Assembly: GCA_973895155.1 (NCBI GenBank)
Contig: OZ316892.1
Span: 20,471,869-20,535,868 of the forward strand
From: Marsupella aquatica
Lineage: Eukaryota > Plantae > Marchantiophyta
Direction of reading: 5' to 3'
Length of the DNA: 64,000 bases
Shown: piece after piece, positions 13,111-26,884 of the stretch
How positions within the stretch are numbered: the first letter of the stretch is position 1
How the letters are laid out: each line of letters begins with the position of its first letter
Position numbers and translations under genes: made by a program
The notes under the pieces: model-generated
Databases searched by the model: none
Told to the model about the DNA's origin: nothing
Seen by the model: the letters and a program-made list of their open reading frames with translations, nothing else

Positions 13111-14548
13111 TGTTTCTGCTCGGTTATTGTCATATGCACGGACATCTACGGAAATCCCAGTGATGATGTGTAGGGGAACCCTAGACCATTCCGGAGGACG
13201 GCGGGAGCAGTGTTGTGTAAGCTGTCATTTCCGTAGCGTCGTGGCGGTATCGTTGTCTATTGCTCTCCTCTTTTGCGGCTCGCTCGACTTTCGGTAGTGT
13301 TTTTGGGATGAGCTGAGACTCGAGAAGTTTGATTGAATTCATGGAGAAAATGAAATGCAGGTGTGAGGAGGACGGTCTTTGAACAGACCTTGTTTGACGC
13401 ATTCGAGGTAGTCATTGGCGACTCGGATGCCGAGAATTGTATATCAAGCTTCTGAGAAAGGTACGTTCTGTCTGCCTGGGCTCTCACCTTCTCCATTTCA
13501 GCTCTCTCTAAATGGCACTGACGAGAGAGAGGGAGAGCGAATGGGGAAATAGGTGGATCGATTGATAGCCTTGGGAAATGCTCTGCTTCATCTGAAATAG
13601 ACAGGAAAGCCGAATTCAAGCAATGTTAGTACCAATTCATTGAGAGAAGTGAATGCACACGTGAACGGATGATATTCACTGTCAGAGAGGAGTGGTTCAG
13701 TGGTCCAACTCCGAAGACCACCGCGGTGGCATAATGATTGTGTTCTGAATCTTTGATTGGAGACTCCAGAAAAAATAGATGGTTCTAGGAAGAATCAATT
13801 GCAAAGCGATAGAGCTATGCGTGGAGCTACTCAAGGCGGAAGACGTGAGAGCCGCAGCCCAAGAACATGAGGCGGATCTCTCTGAGGATTTCTTCGTGAT
13901 TGCCGGATATATCTACAGATGGTAAATGAACCTCATATCCTGTGCCCGTTATGGTCTCGTCCGTGTCTGTGTGTCACTCCCAATGTCACCTCTGGCTGTA
14001 CTAGTGGTGCAGGAGCGTTGGCTCTGGTTGTGCTCTCATCCTCTCTCACTCAGTCTTTGGGAGCGCTTTGTTTGATTCGTCAATTCGTTCGCAACGACAG
14101 TAGTAGGTTGAAGCATTTTGTTAAAGCTCCGCGGAGCAATCTTCTTAGCTCTTTCAACTACACTGTCTCGTTCAAGTCGTCCGCAACTACAGCAGATTGA
14201 AGCATTTTCTCAAGCTCCCTCAAGGAAATCTTAGCTCTCCTCACACTGTATCTGGTTTTCGTTTGCTACTACATTTGGTTCAAGGATTTTGTCGAAGCTC
14301 AGCACAGAATCTTACCTTTACAAACACTCTGCCTGTGCACGGGCTTTTCGAGCATTCAGTGATCTTTGAAATTGACGGACTACAATTTCTGCAATTATTG
14401 GCTCCTGCAGTTCACTTGAACGTCTCTACGGCTGTCAGGACTCCTAGTTTCTTCCCCTGTCCCATGCGATTTCTTCCTGCGAACGGACGGACAACACTTT
14501 TGATAGGGAGAGCCCTCACTTCACTCGGGGACCTTCTAGTTGGCGGCC

Positions 14549-17500
14549 ATGATAGTGCAAGAGAGAGGGACTGGGACACGGAAGACAAAGATTATTGGGT
14601 CTGAAGAGCTGAGGACTCTTGTGGGAGGGGATTCTGTAGATGACTCTGAAAAGGATGCGGAGCAGCAGCAGCAGCAGGTCGAGGCGGTGAGGAAGACTAA
14701 GAGTAGTAAGGGTGATCCGAATCAGTCATGGGTGGATTATCTGGGCTGCTTTGCGTGGTGCGACAGCCTCCTTAAGGTCGTCATCGTAGTGCTCATTGTA
14801 TCGAGTCTCGGGGTGCTGGCCTTTTACAGAAATCGTCAGGAAACCTCTGCTTTGATTTGCATCGAGGAACTCCCTAAAATTGCGGCAATTCCCAACCCAA
14901 TCCTTGATTTGAAGCATGTGAAGACGATCAAGGATTACACCAGGCATGTTGGGGTGTCTGCGGACAAATGGATTGTGCTGACTGTGTCAGAGAAACCTAC
15001 CCCGGAGGTTGAAGCATTCGCAAATCTGAAAGGATGGCAGTTGCTGGCTGTGGGTACTGCTGATGCACCGGCAGATTGGAGAGTTCCCAATGTGATCTTC
15101 CTGTCCTTTGAGCAACAGGCGGAACTCCCCTACAGGATCAACCAATTTCTGCCCCGGGGTTCTTATATCCGGAAAAACATTGGCTATCTGTTTGCAATCC
15201 AGCATGGTGCCAAAAAGATTTATGATGCCGACGAGAGTGCATCCCTCGTTAAGGACAAAGTTGAGGATATATTTGATGTTGAGCTCATGGAGTCTTATGC
15301 GCCCGTCTTGCAGTATCGGTACTTTGATACTCGGAAGGTGGTCAATCCGTTTGTGCATTTTGGCCAACGCTCTGTCTGGCCTCGTGGTCTGCCTCTGGAG
15401 GCTGTGAGTGAAATTTCCTCGGAAGTGATGTACGCTGAGGTGACGAGGGGTAGGCAATACATCCAGCAAAGTCTTGCAAATGGCCTTCCGGATGTAGATT
15501 CCATTTTCTACTACACTCGTAAATCACAAGTAGCTCCTCTTGATATTAAATTCGACTCCTTCGCACCACCTGTGATGCTGCCTCAGGGCCTCATGGCTCC
15601 TGTGAATGCTCTCAACACTCTCTTCCATTCCCCGGCATTCTGGTCTCTATTACTTCCTGTTTCCGTGGGGACGAAAACTTCGGACATTATGCGAGGATAC
15701 GTTGGGCAACGCCTGCTTTGGGAAGTTGGTGGGGTGGTTGCGTTCTATCCGCCTATGATTAGTAGGAAAGATACATTACAGGCACTTCCATTCGAGGAGG
15801 AAAAGGATTTACAGGCGAAGGTTCAGCCCCTTGTCTCGTATCTTTTGAAATGGAGGTCCCATAAGCCGAGTCTCTTTGAGAAGGTTCTGCATCTGAGTCA
15901 TTCGTTAGCTGAAGAAGGGTTTTGGGATGGCCAAGATGTGGAGCTAACGGCTGCTTGGCTGCGCGATCTCGTGTCGGTTGGTTATTCACAGCCACGGCTG
16001 ATGTCACTAGAACTCGATAGAAATCGAACCTCATGGACTTCATTAGGACATCGGGAATTTTTGCCGCACGCATTTCCAGCTCCTTATTTGGGAGTGGAAG
16101 ATAATACGGGGATGGCGAGCCAAATGACTGATCTAATCCGATGGAGGCATTTTTTTGGAAATATTGTTTTGGTTCTGCAGTGTGTTGGTCCAACGGACCA
16201 CACAGTGCTTGGCTGGCGGATGTTCTACGGCCGTCTTTTCAAGCACATTGTGGTTCTGGGACCTCAAGCTGATGAGGGGCTTCGAGTAGAGACAGTCAGT
16301 GAGCAACCTTACACGTATGTAACGATTTGACGTCGAAAATTATATTCCTACGTAGATGAACAATCTGAATGAAATGAATTGCAGATAAACACGGCCCTGG
16401 CTTAGGAAGCGATAGAGAAGGGACAGAGAATCAGAGTTAAAAGGGTGGCCCTGCCTATATCTTTGACCGATGTCTATTGTACTGCGTTAAGAAACACGTC
16501 TAGGAGCGTCGCTTATGACTAACTTATTTTATGTGCATTGCAGAACCCTGACCGGTATTTTTGATCGGTATCCGAATTCGGATGGCTTTCTCATGATTAA
16601 GGACACTGTTGTGCTGAACTACTGGAATTTGCTTCTCGCCAACAAAACAAAACTTTGGAATGTTCACAAGGTTTGCTTTCTAACACTGTTCACACTTCGT
16701 TCGTGCTCCTGCCTGTCATTTTGGATGAAGCCTTCTGGATTAGGTCAAGGGACAGAAGACATCGAGCAGAAACTCGATGCTTGCAGACCATCGTTTCAGT
16801 CGAGTCTTATACTGTGAGGTCTATATCGCAAGTCATTGATCATAGAGTGAGATCATTAATATGAGGGAAAATTTTCCCCAGTGTTTATTGAGTGCTCATT
16901 TTCTAAACTGGAAGCTAGAATTCGGTTTTGTTTTGGTAATCATTTGTATACTTATGTTGAGGTACTAGAGTGAATTGCAACGAATGCCGTTTTGATTGCG
17001 TACGATGCACTGTGGGGTCAGAAGAAGGTTTGTCCCCCCGAAGCGTTCACTGAATGTACTTTTTTTTGCAGGTGGCTGGCGCATGGCAAAAATTCAGCGT
17101 GAAGGACAATGGCACCGCAACAGATTTCGAAGCACCAGAAGTGAAAACGAGCTTTATCCAGGCTTTCAAAAGTCTGCCACCTGAGTTTCGCAAATCCTAT
17201 CGGAAGGCAATCGGTGAAGATTTCTACGTCATGAGCCCTTCTGATGTGTTTTATGTCCCTCAGCGATATGTCACTAAATTCATTACCCTGATCACACCGA
17301 TTGCCCAGGCGGGGCTTCGCCAAGAGCTGGCAATTCCAATGATCTTTCTGGCTTTAGATAAGCCCGACAACTACGATTCTTCTGCTCTGAGCAGCATGGT
17401 GTATATTGAAGAAACGAGATTGGAGAAGCTTGGTGGGGATCCAGCTCTCTTCTACAACCCAGACGTGGATGCAGTTTGTCCATGGAGGCCAACTACAGAG

Positions 17501-17569
17501 GCTGAACTAGCGCGGATCTTGAAAACTATTGGCAAGAGTGACTTACATCTGTTGGATGCCTTTGATTAA
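14549..17569 (+). CDS. STL: STELLO-like glycosyltransferase (DUF288), ~796 aa. Exons 14549-16314, 16544-16670, 17072-17569
   Basis: Starts MIVQER (cf. plant STELLO MLVQDR) with an N-terminal TM. Family motifs KWIV, GWQLLAVG, RKNIGYLFAIQHGAKKIYDAD, VNPFVHFGQRSVWPRGLPLE, GLPDVDSIFYYTRK, DLVSVGYSQPRLMSLELDR, LNYWNLL.ANKTKLW, SDVFYVP. Introns are GT-AG with phases 2 and 0 consistent. Confidence 0.93.
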
Positions 17570-18454
17570 TTTCCTTTAGAGACTGAAACCTTCATGTTTT
17601 TCCAGCCAGTCTATAAGAAGGAATAGATCGACTTTCTGTGGACCATGTAAAAAATAAGCTCACCCATTCATCTCAACTATAATGCTTGTTCCCACCAGCT
17701 GCATCAATTATTTGTATTCCACCAATGCCCCACGGGTCAGGTGCATGGTGTTCACTGTTTGTCATCCTGTGCATGATCAGGGTTGGTGTATAAAGTTGCT
17801 TTTACGAGTTGCGATTGTCCCGTGCTGCCAACCGTGTCTACGGCTTTCTTATAAAAGTTTAAAGATTTTGAGGTCGGGGATAAGTTAGTCGTGCCAATCG
17901 TGATGACATAGCAACCAAGAGTCGGGGTTTAGAGATGAATGTACTGTAAACAGGTCTAAATTTAGGGTTTCATGATCATGCCTACTTGAAAGGGACCTCT
18001 CTGCTGAGCAACTGCTCCCAAAATTTCCGATCCTTTCTTTCGAAATTTACTCCCTGCAAGTACCATGGTCATCATCGATGGAACACCCTGTTTACCAGCA
18101 AGGACACTTATTTCTCTGCTGTTGCATGGAAGGGAAAGCTTAGGGTCAGGACAAGAGATGAAGGGTCAGGACAAGAGATGAACGCAGGAGACTCTTGGCA
18201 TCGTTTCACTCGGCTCTGAGTTCTTACAGTAGGCCCATCGTCTCCTGAAGTGTTAGTGATAACCAGTGACTACTATAGACGAGAGGGTGTGCCTCGAAAG
18301 GTCGGGAGGCGAGATTGAAGCTACGAAAACAGCTATGTAGCGGTCATACACATTGGACGTCACCAAGAAACATTCTATTAAGTATGGTCCACAAATTGGG
18401 AACTAACCTTCTTTGTTGTGCAGGCTGGCTATGCAGTTTCAGTGATAGGGTGTG

Positions 18455-18576
18455 TTTTCTTAAACCACAACTGCCCCTATAAAGGGCTAGGGGTGACTTT
18501 TTCTTAAACCACAACTGCCCCTATAAAGGGCTAGGGGTAACCCCAAGAAAACACAACTGCCCCTATAAAGGGCTAC
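18455..18576. repeat. Tandem repeat, ~42 bp x3 (ttttcttaaaccacaactgcccctataaagggctagggg)
   Basis: Two near-perfect copies plus one partial. A related motif (aaaccacaactgcccatatataagggg) occurs at ~1190-1217, suggesting a dispersed repeat family. Confidence 0.8.
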
Positions 18577-20631
18577 TGGTAACCAGTAGTTCTCATTGTG
18601 AAGAGCACAGGTTTAGGAATGGGCTATGAGCTCCACAAAAAGTTTTCTTAAGTAACCCATACTCTTCCCTCTAGGCCCCTTGCTAGAATCATGACCATGA
18701 TTATGGGCCCCCCTTGCCTATCCTCCCCGCCCCCCCCCCCCCCCCCAGTCTGACCACCCCCCTGAGAGGTTGAAAAGTCAGTTCCCCGAAGTGACCTTAG
18801 ACAATCCCACGTTTCATTATAGTTTGTCAAGTTAGTCCCATAGGTTCAATCCGAGTTGCTGGTTGATTGTGGCGAGCGTCAAGGCTCTACATCATCGTTG
18901 TTTTGTGGCAAAAATTTGCCAAATTCCAACTCCCCAAAATGCTTTTGTCACTTTTGGCAAAACATTTGCTAATATTTTTCTGTTTCATTAGCCATTGTAC
19001 AACCTAATCACAGGCCCCATTAGCCAGAATCTAATGGTCATCCTTAAACCTAGGGGATCTGATGGTCAGGAAAATAATCACATAATATTTTGAGCATCTT
19101 CTCATACACTAAACATTCTTCACTCTGGCTAAAAAGTAAAAACCTTAAAAAATCGTCCTTTTCTCATCGTCCTTAAAAAGGAATGGAATTGACGTGATCC
19201 CCCCTCCAAAGACAGGACGTACTATGAACTTTTGTCTCTTTGTGTTTTTCCTCCTGGGTCCACAGATTTCTTACCTTAGCGTGCACAGGTTCTTCTTGCA
19301 GTGGTCCAGTGATTCTTCGTGCACTGGTTCCACTTCAATTTTTGTGGGTGTTATAAATTAAAAAAAAGGGGGCAGATCCCTGCACTACTGTACCTATTAC
19401 TGCATGGACCAGTTTCATCGTGATTTTCGTGACAATTTGTACTCCCCATCGTTGCACAGACCACTCCGACACACAGTACCAGTAGCCCCTTGGGCAGTGC
19501 AACTATTTAATGGGACTGTCGGACGAGCAAGTGGAGCACAGTGCTAAAATCCTGTACATGCCTTAGACATTCGACGATGTAACGCCGCATTCAACTATCT
19601 GTTGCCACATTCAACGAATCAACGACCTGTCTTTCCGCCAGACAGTACTCTGACGATTCAGCATGCCGGGCCGGGGTCCAGCGATCACGCTCCAAGGTCA
19701 AACAACCATGATTGTCCGACGGTATGATGCTGACAGATCGGAATGGGCTCCTGAGCAGTCTTGTATATAGAGCGTGAGCTGAATTCCCTGGCGCTAGAAG
19801 TGGTTTTGGGATCCCACCTCACTTGGATACAACAGCAAAGGTCGGCCCGTGGGCAACTTTTATCTAAGTCAGAGCATCGTTGCGAGCTGGGTCTCCTTTC
19901 GGGACCGAGTGAATCTCTTTAAATTTCCTCTCGCAGGTCGTCATTGTCAGTCCGGCCATCGCTGACTTGTACAAGATTTCGCAAGACGTCTACTTAGCGA
20001 GGAGGAGTTGACGAGCATTGATGGAGAAGCTAAGCAAGTTGGGCTTGGCTTGGTTGACTTAGAGCCTGGTGCTATCATTTTCTGTCGATGCGCGCAGTGT
20101 TCGTGGACTTTATACCTCTCGCTCTCGACAGAAGGAGACCACCTAGAACATTGAGCGACTCGTCTGAGATTGCAATTTGATGAAGGTACTTTGATGTCTT
20201 GTCACTCCATTCTCTGGAGAATGATTCATCAATTATAGATCGAGGATGTTCACGCTGCCAGGTCAGTCAATTGTGTTTCCATGGAAGAGAGACTCATTGA
20301 ATTGTGAATTTTAATGTTCCAAGGGGTGGCGGAGGGACCTTCGATCAATGTACCCGACCCGATCCTATTGCTAAAGTCTCAAAATGCGTAGCCGGCAGCT
20401 TCTTGTGATAGGCAACTGTGTTGTGTTCGTACGAGTTAGTTTGCCTGTCGATTATTTGCGTTCGAGTTGCAAAATATTTTCTATGCCTTGAAAGAACGAT
20501 CACCTCTTCAATTTACTCAGCGTCCTTTGTTTTAGATATTCACAGACTTTGCTTGTCCGTAAGCTATGCACTAATGGTTTTACTCTTTCTACCAGAAACA
20601 AGGCGCAGAAAGCTAAGTGGAACTGCCAAAT

Positions 20632-21906
20632 ATGGCTCAAGCATCCCCGCCACCTGCGCCTTTGGCCTCCTCACCCTCGACAGGATTTTTGTCATCCAAC
20701 TTGCTCCTGCCTGGAATCAATTTATATCCATTCATTCCATGTTTTGTTGGAGCTTTTACCTTGGCATCATATCTGTTCATATTGCTGCTGATGAGATGTT
20801 GGAACTTTAGGCGCTTCAAAAATAAACTTTTGAAAGAAACTCTTCTTTACAAGGACCTGAGTAAGGCATTGAAAGGGATTGGGGGTAACAGCGGTGACAA
20901 ACAGCGATCAATGCAGGATGCTGCTGAGGAGTTTTTACAAGATGAAGACGTTAGGGAAGTACTGGGGGTAGGAGGTTTTGGCAAGGACCTGAATAAATAC
21001 GTATTGAGCAGGATCGCAGATGATGAAGGTCACGACAAAAAGCCATCGACTGCGGATGTTTCTGTGGATCTTTCTCCAGATGAAGACAGTATCGAAACAT
21101 TGGGGATAGAAGTTTTGAGAGCAAAAGAATTTTCCTTGAGACTCCACGATCTTTGTCGCAAGCTTTCAACCATTTTAGCAAGTGAGAGGCGAATTAGATG
21201 CTTTCTGATTCCACGATGGAAGTGGAGTACGAGTGAATATATTATGTCTCTGATTACAGAGAAGAAGCAACCTTCAAAAGTTGCAGACGAAAAGTCATCC
21301 ATCGATCATAGCTCCCTGTTGTGCGTGCCAGTATCAATCACTTACATTCGGAAAAGGATACAGAGATCGAGTTCGGACCCTCATGTGGAAGGAACCCAAT
21401 TATTGGCAAATATTTGCAAGGATGCAAGCTTTGAAGGAGCTCAGTTGGCTGTTGTTTGCAAGGCGGTCCAAATAATGCAAGAAAACCTGGAGGCCCGATG
21501 GAAGATGTCCCTCAGCATTATCAGGTTTACAGCTGCCAATCTTCTGACAATCTATGCTTTCTGGTACACTTCAACCAACTCTATACAGTACCTTGCCACT
21601 TACATCGCTGGAGAGCTGATAAATAGCGTGTACAGTCAACCTTTGACAGATTGGCTGATTCCCAAACTCGATCAGCAGATCGGGAATGTAGTGTTGATGT
21701 TAAAGCTACGTTTGGAGGATGAAGTATTGTCCGGTGCATCGCGAGAGGAGCTTCCTTTCACGGACTGGGTGAGTAGCTATTTCAGGAAATTCGACGAGGT
21801 GAAGGAACTGCTAAGCATTCGTGACCAGGGAATCGGTCGGCTCAGGAAGGGAGGTTTTCCTCGCAAGACAATAACGTCTGTAACTAATTGTGTGTACCTT
21901 TCTTAA
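20632..21906 (+). CDS. Uncharacterised membrane protein, paralogue 1 (424 aa, intronless CDS)
   Basis: Long ORF conserved in frame with paralogues at 31046 and 57962. ATG 20632 aligns with the paralogue starts. Likely 5'-UTR intron 20187-20595 (AAG|gtactt ... ctaccag|). Pro/Ser-rich N-terminus, TM LYPFIPCFVGAFTLASYLFILLLM. Confidence 0.8.
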   Translation: MAQASPPPAPLASSPSTGFLSSNLLLPGINLYPFIPCFVGAFTLASYLFILLLMRCWNFRRFKNKLLKETLLYKDLSKALKGIGGNSGDKQRSMQDAAEEFLQDEDVREVLGVGGFGKDLNKYVLSRIADDEGHDKKPSTADVSVDLSPDEDSIETLGIEVLRAKEFSLRLHDLCRKLSTILASERRIRCFLIPRWKWSTSEYIMSLITEKKQPSKVADEKSSIDHSSLLCVPVSITYIRKRIQRSSSDPHVEGTQLLANICKDASFEGAQLAVVCKAVQIMQENLEARWKMSLSIIRFTAANLLTIYAFWYTSTNSIQYLATYIAGELINSVYSQPLTDWLIPKLDQQIGNVVLMLKLRLEDEVLSGASREELPFTDWVSSYFRKFDEVKELLSIRDQGIGRLRKGGFPRKTITSVTNCVYLS

Positions 21907-23066
21907 TGGAAATTCACCTAGTGTGTCACACACTACTCAGATTTAGCGAGTACCGTGAAGCGAGCTGACCATTTTGAAAGAGTAAAATCTTTCTCCTTAC
22001 CCACCTTCTTAGATGTCTTGCTGTTCACGCAATGCTACCTTGAATCAGTTGACCTATAAGATAGCAATTAATGCTCCACTGGCAGCTTTCAACCTTACGA
22101 TATTGTCTTCAAATCAAGTTCTTGCACTGTTGGCAGCTGGACCTTTCTGTTTCCACCTAAACTGTTCGACACAAGCTTTCAAATTTCGATCAGGAGATGT
22201 AAGGAGCCCCTAGGAGAGGATCATGTTCATTCCACATGCTTTTTGATGCCGTCTGGCAATCGTGGACATTTTGAACGAGACATGTCGTTTGGACACGACG
22301 CCAATTATCTTCCAACTATAGGCTTCAGTTGCAGAATATCGAATATCAGATATGGAATGTGATATCAGATTATTTATCATCTGTTCATGAGTCAAATTAG
22401 TTGACATGCTTGCTGTATTGAGGATAATTTGGACAATCCTGTTTTTGACAACGTACTGTTTCTTCTCCCCAAACGACAGAAACATGTTCAAGGCATTAAG
22501 TTTTAGTGTACTGAATTCTAGAAGAATTTAAAGCTGCTAAGTTGATAAAGCCTGTCCACAGGTGATTCATATATAAAATCTTGGGACATTAAATAGGCAC
22601 ACTCAGTTAATTGCCATCAAAGATATTACGCATCACTTTCGACTCTAGGTATTGAGACACTGTGGATGGCTATTAGTGCACACCAGACTTGATCTGACGC
22701 TCCAATTTGTATTAGTAGTCTTGCACGCATGAATCAAGTAAATGTCAATAACCTGTTTCGTGAATGGCTGAAAGAGATTGAAATCATCAAGTGAGCGGTT
22801 GATAAGAAGTATTCATTATTCAGTTACATTCTTCCTTTAGACAACACCTTTTGGAAATTAATGTTGAATATATTCACCTGGAATGTAAATAGTTGGTAGT
22901 AAAGTTTAGCCGTGGGGTACCGAGCTCACATTTGCCATCAGCACGCAAGTAGATATTCGAAGTGGAGGCAGCCTTCATAGGCGACATCCCGGGTTTAGGG
23001 TTTATGGTCAAGACTTATAAGAAATAATCTGGATCTGTAGTCAAAATGTTAGTCCCAGCAAGGCAC

Positions 23067-23150
23067 GCTGAAAAGTTGACCCCTCCTGTGTTATTTAGTA
23101 TGAAATGTGCTGAAAAGTTGACCCCTCCTGTGTTATTTAGTATGAAATGT
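23067..23150. repeat. 42-bp perfect tandem duplication
   Basis: gctgaaaagttgacccctcctgtgttatttagtatgaaatgt x2. Confidence 0.9.
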
Positions 23151-23475
23151 ATCAGTATATATCCTTTTCAGACATAGATAAGCAGCACAACGTATAAGAC
23201 TATACGACTATAAGCTTATCTATTTCTGAAATCGGTGCAGAGTACTGCACGAATAACGCATTCGACAAGCGGAGAGTTACTGTCCCTGATGCAGGCGATG
23301 GCCGCAGTCACAGATTTCGAGAGACCCTTAATTCTTGTCATTTGCCTGATTGCGCATTTTCACTGTCTTCATCATCACGAACTATATGCTAACGCTAATA
23401 GGGGCGAGGGGTGTAGAGACCTAACGAGATAAGTGACATGATGAGGTCAAGTGGACATCATTGTGGGGGTTTGAG

Positions 23476-23989
23476 CCCTGTTTGACCTTGCCCGTCAAAC
23501 TGGACGATTTGGGGCGTCAAACCAAAAACCTGAAACCCGGTCTCCCGGAATCAGGGTCGGTCCGGTTGTGAGGGGGGACCTGGGAGGCCGGGTCCGGTCC
23601 AGGTTCAGGAGGATCTGGGAGGCTGGGGAGGGGTTTGGGAGGGGTTTGGGAGGGTTTGGGAGGCTGGGTCCGGGTCTAGTTCGGGAGGATCGGGGAGGCC
23701 GGGGAGGGGTTTGGGAGGGGTCCGGGAGGGGTTCGGGAGGGTTTGGGAGGCCGGGGAGGGGTTCGGGAGGCTGGATCCGGGCTGGGTTCGGGAGGATCCG
23801 GGGAGGGGTTTGGGAGGGTTCCGGGAGGGGTTTGGGATGATGCGGGAGGCCGGAGAGCGGTTCGGGAGGGGTTCGGGAGGCCGGGTCGGGAACCGGGGGT
23901 GTTCGGGAGAATAACAGGGAATATACGTCAAATTGGCCGTTTTGGGGGTGCCCGGCAAGCCGACAACTTGCCCGTCAGGTTAAACCGGG
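23476..23989. mobile_element. Non-autonomous TIR element with a G-rich internal minisatellite
   Basis: 13-bp imperfect TIRs ccctgtttgacct / aggttaaaccggg, flanked by the 8-bp direct repeat ggtttgag (23468-23475, 23990-23997). Interior is a (GGGAGGGGTT(T/C))n-type array. Confidence 0.7.
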
Positions 23990-24329
23990 GGTTTGAGGAT
24001 GTTTTAATCGCCTTTAGAAAGTTCAGAAAGAACCGCTCATAAGAACTGAGTGGAAGGGGGATTTGCTAGGCTAGAGTATACTTTTTCTTCCCCTAAGAAG
24101 ATCTGGGCTGCCCTTGTATTCTATTCTCATCGTATCCATGCAAGTGCCGCTAAGGCTAGCAAAAAGGGTACCCTCTTTGTTTTTTTGTGGTTTCCTTGTT
24201 CTTAATTAAACCAAAGCAAACGGATACCAAAAGCCAGACCTGTGAAACCAGGATCAGGACTTAGGCCAGGGAAAACCCTCCTTATTATCAATGGGAAATA
24301 TATATATAATATATATATATATATTATAT

Positions 24330-25060
24330 TTTAAATGCCAAAAACAAAGGGCATCCAACCAGGAGACATGATCCCTCAGGCAAAAGACCCAATCAAGGGG
24401 GGACAACCAAAGGGCCAAGAAAGGCCAAGAAGCAAAGAAACAAAGAATTACTGCAGACCCAAAAATCAGGACCCCAAATCATATCGATCAGCAAACTGAA
24501 GGGCCTGGTATAGCTGGTGTGAACTGCATAGGAGGGTCAAGGAAAGGAATCCTACTAGAGGCCCTAGGACCAACAACCTCACCCCTTCAAAGAATAGTGA
24601 ATGTCTGTGCCTGCTGAAGCACAACTGTGTACCTATGTCTAATAAACGTCGTGATGGCAAACACTAGAGGATAAGGCCTCCGCTGAACATTCTGAACAAT
24701 GGAAGAGCATAGGAAACAGTCAAAAGATGGGTGTAGCACCCCAAATATCTCCACAGCAAACAGATAGAAGAGATCCCCAGGGTATTGCACATAATAAGCC
24801 TCCTCCTTAATTCAAGCTGCCCTCGCAGTGGCGTGGCCTGGTACATAGGCGGCAGAAGCCACATTGGCCCCACTAGTAGGATCAGCAACAATCCCACTAG
24901 AGAGGGACAAAACCCTAGTGGTAACCAAACCCCTGCCCTTGGAGGCCCATCAGGCAACCAATGCTAATAAAGAACCCAGGCAATGCGTGAAACAATGGAT
25001 AAACCTCAGTCGCCTGAGCATCATCACCTTCAGAACATACATAAAGTAAACCCTCAAAGC
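24330..25060 (-). mobile_element. Degenerate LINE (L1-like) 3' remnant
   Basis: Minus-strand fragments resemble a decayed zf-RVT/C-terminal region (CNTLGISSICLL...THLL; RHSLFFEG) and end next to a (TA)n tract at ~24298-24330. Frames are broken and no TSD was found. Confidence 0.4.
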
Positions 25061-26884
25061 TAGGGCCCCACATCATTTTTTTAATTGAAAACCCCAATTT
25101 TTCTTAATAAAAAGTTAAAATACAAAGCCCAGAATCTAGGGTTAGTTGTGAAAGCCGAGATGGATTCCCCAAGCTTTGATGGACCAGTGGCAAAGAACTT
25201 CTCAAAAGAATAGGGTAGCACTGGCAGGGGTAGCACTTTTTACAGTTTTGACCTAAATGTGACCTACTAACAAGCTCCCAACCGTTTGCAACTAGTGCCA
25301 AATAATTACTTTAGCCTGTGGTAAGTTGCTGCTTATGCCTACACTTCTTAGGGTGTCCTGCATAGAAGTGGTAACTCGACACTCATTCCCCAACTACTAA
25401 CATAAGTTTGTCCTAACTTCAGACAGAGAGATCTCTTATAATTTTGTTAAATGCTTGGCTACCCTAAGTGAATGTTTTTCTGGAAAATATTAAGAAAATT
25501 TGGCTTCCTCCAAGACTGCAAACTAACATAAGAAAAATACTGATTTGGGAAAAGTCTCAATCTATATGCACATCATAGTAGGTTAGCAAGATTGATATGA
25601 GGGGCATGTCTCAAGCCAGGAGGTACTGCTCTTTGGTTGAACCTTATGTTCCCATATCAGTACACTACTACATATTTTCCCTCTTTGCAAAGCTGATAAA
25701 CACGAGGATTAATGCAAAACAAACAACATATCTAATCTTGCGATACAAAATGCATTGCACCTATGAAAACTAACTTCAGTCATTTGCAACTTTATTCTGA
25801 GATCCTTAACAATTTGCAAATTGTTGTGAAGCAAACGTCATTGCAAACAATTTCTGAAGCCATGAGCATTTTCCGGATTATCGATTGTGTCACATCACAA
25901 CTTGTTTGGGAAGTGTTGTCCCTCAAAAAATTTGCAAAAATGGGATTATTGGAAATTTGTGTTGCAATTGAAGCTAATTTTCTAATTTGCGATATTATTT
26001 AGCTCGCACCATCAATCCTGGTCTGATGATGGCATCTTTTTGAGAAAGTGCTATATTTGCAGGCTTAAGAAGCGGATAGGTTTGGAAATTTGCAATAAGA
26101 ATAACATGGCAAATAGTAAGGAGCTTGGTCTTGGAAATGGGTTGGGATGAATTTGCATGCATTGCTTTAGGGTTACTTTGCAAGTTGTTTTGCAAAAGAG
26201 TTTTCTTACCTATTGGGTACATAGGAGTGTAGGACTTCTAAGCCTTTGTGCTGTCCACTTCCGATCCGGACCAATGACACAAGCTTCAACCCGGGCTTGC
26301 AACCACTATCCACTGCTGGCACCCCGTGCACTGCTTGCATAATGCGTTCGGCCAAGCGGGTTCTGAAGAGGTGGAAGGGTGAGACCCGGGGTGAGACAAG
26401 GAATGGAGGGAGCTCAGGGGGTCACTCCATGGAAATGACACATCACGTGCAACGAAGTATAGGCCCATTTAAGTGGGTGCATGTGGCGGAAGACTTCCAA
26501 AGTTTGGTGGAAGAACACATAGGGCACGTTTTATTGACTAATTGACTTTAAAGAACACATAGGCCTATTTAATTGTAAAAAGTACTTTCTTTAAAGTTTT
26601 TAGGGGTTTTTTAATTAATAAAAAATGACAAAATTTAAAGGAAAAAAAGGTTTTGCAAAAAAAAATTTTAATTTTACTTATAAGTTAAGGGGGTCAAACC
26701 CTAAAACGTTGCACGTGATGTATGGCCCTCCATATCGTGACCCCCCCCCCCAAGGGAGTGAGGAGGGAGGGTATAGGGTTAGGGAGGGCAAGGAAAGAAA
26801 GGAGGAAGAGGGTATACAAGTTAAGTACTATTCAATATTTTGTTGGGGTACTAGTATAGGAGGAAGATCACCCCGGCAGAGATG

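Noticed and set aside
14540-14548. ORF-track GTG starts for STELLO (14540) and paralogue 1 (20617)
   Set aside because: Eukaryotic genes; the in-frame ATGs at 14549 and 20632 match the homologous N-termini.
23568-24042. Gly/Arg-rich and Pro-rich ORFs
   Set aside because: Translations of the G-rich minisatellite inside a TIR element.
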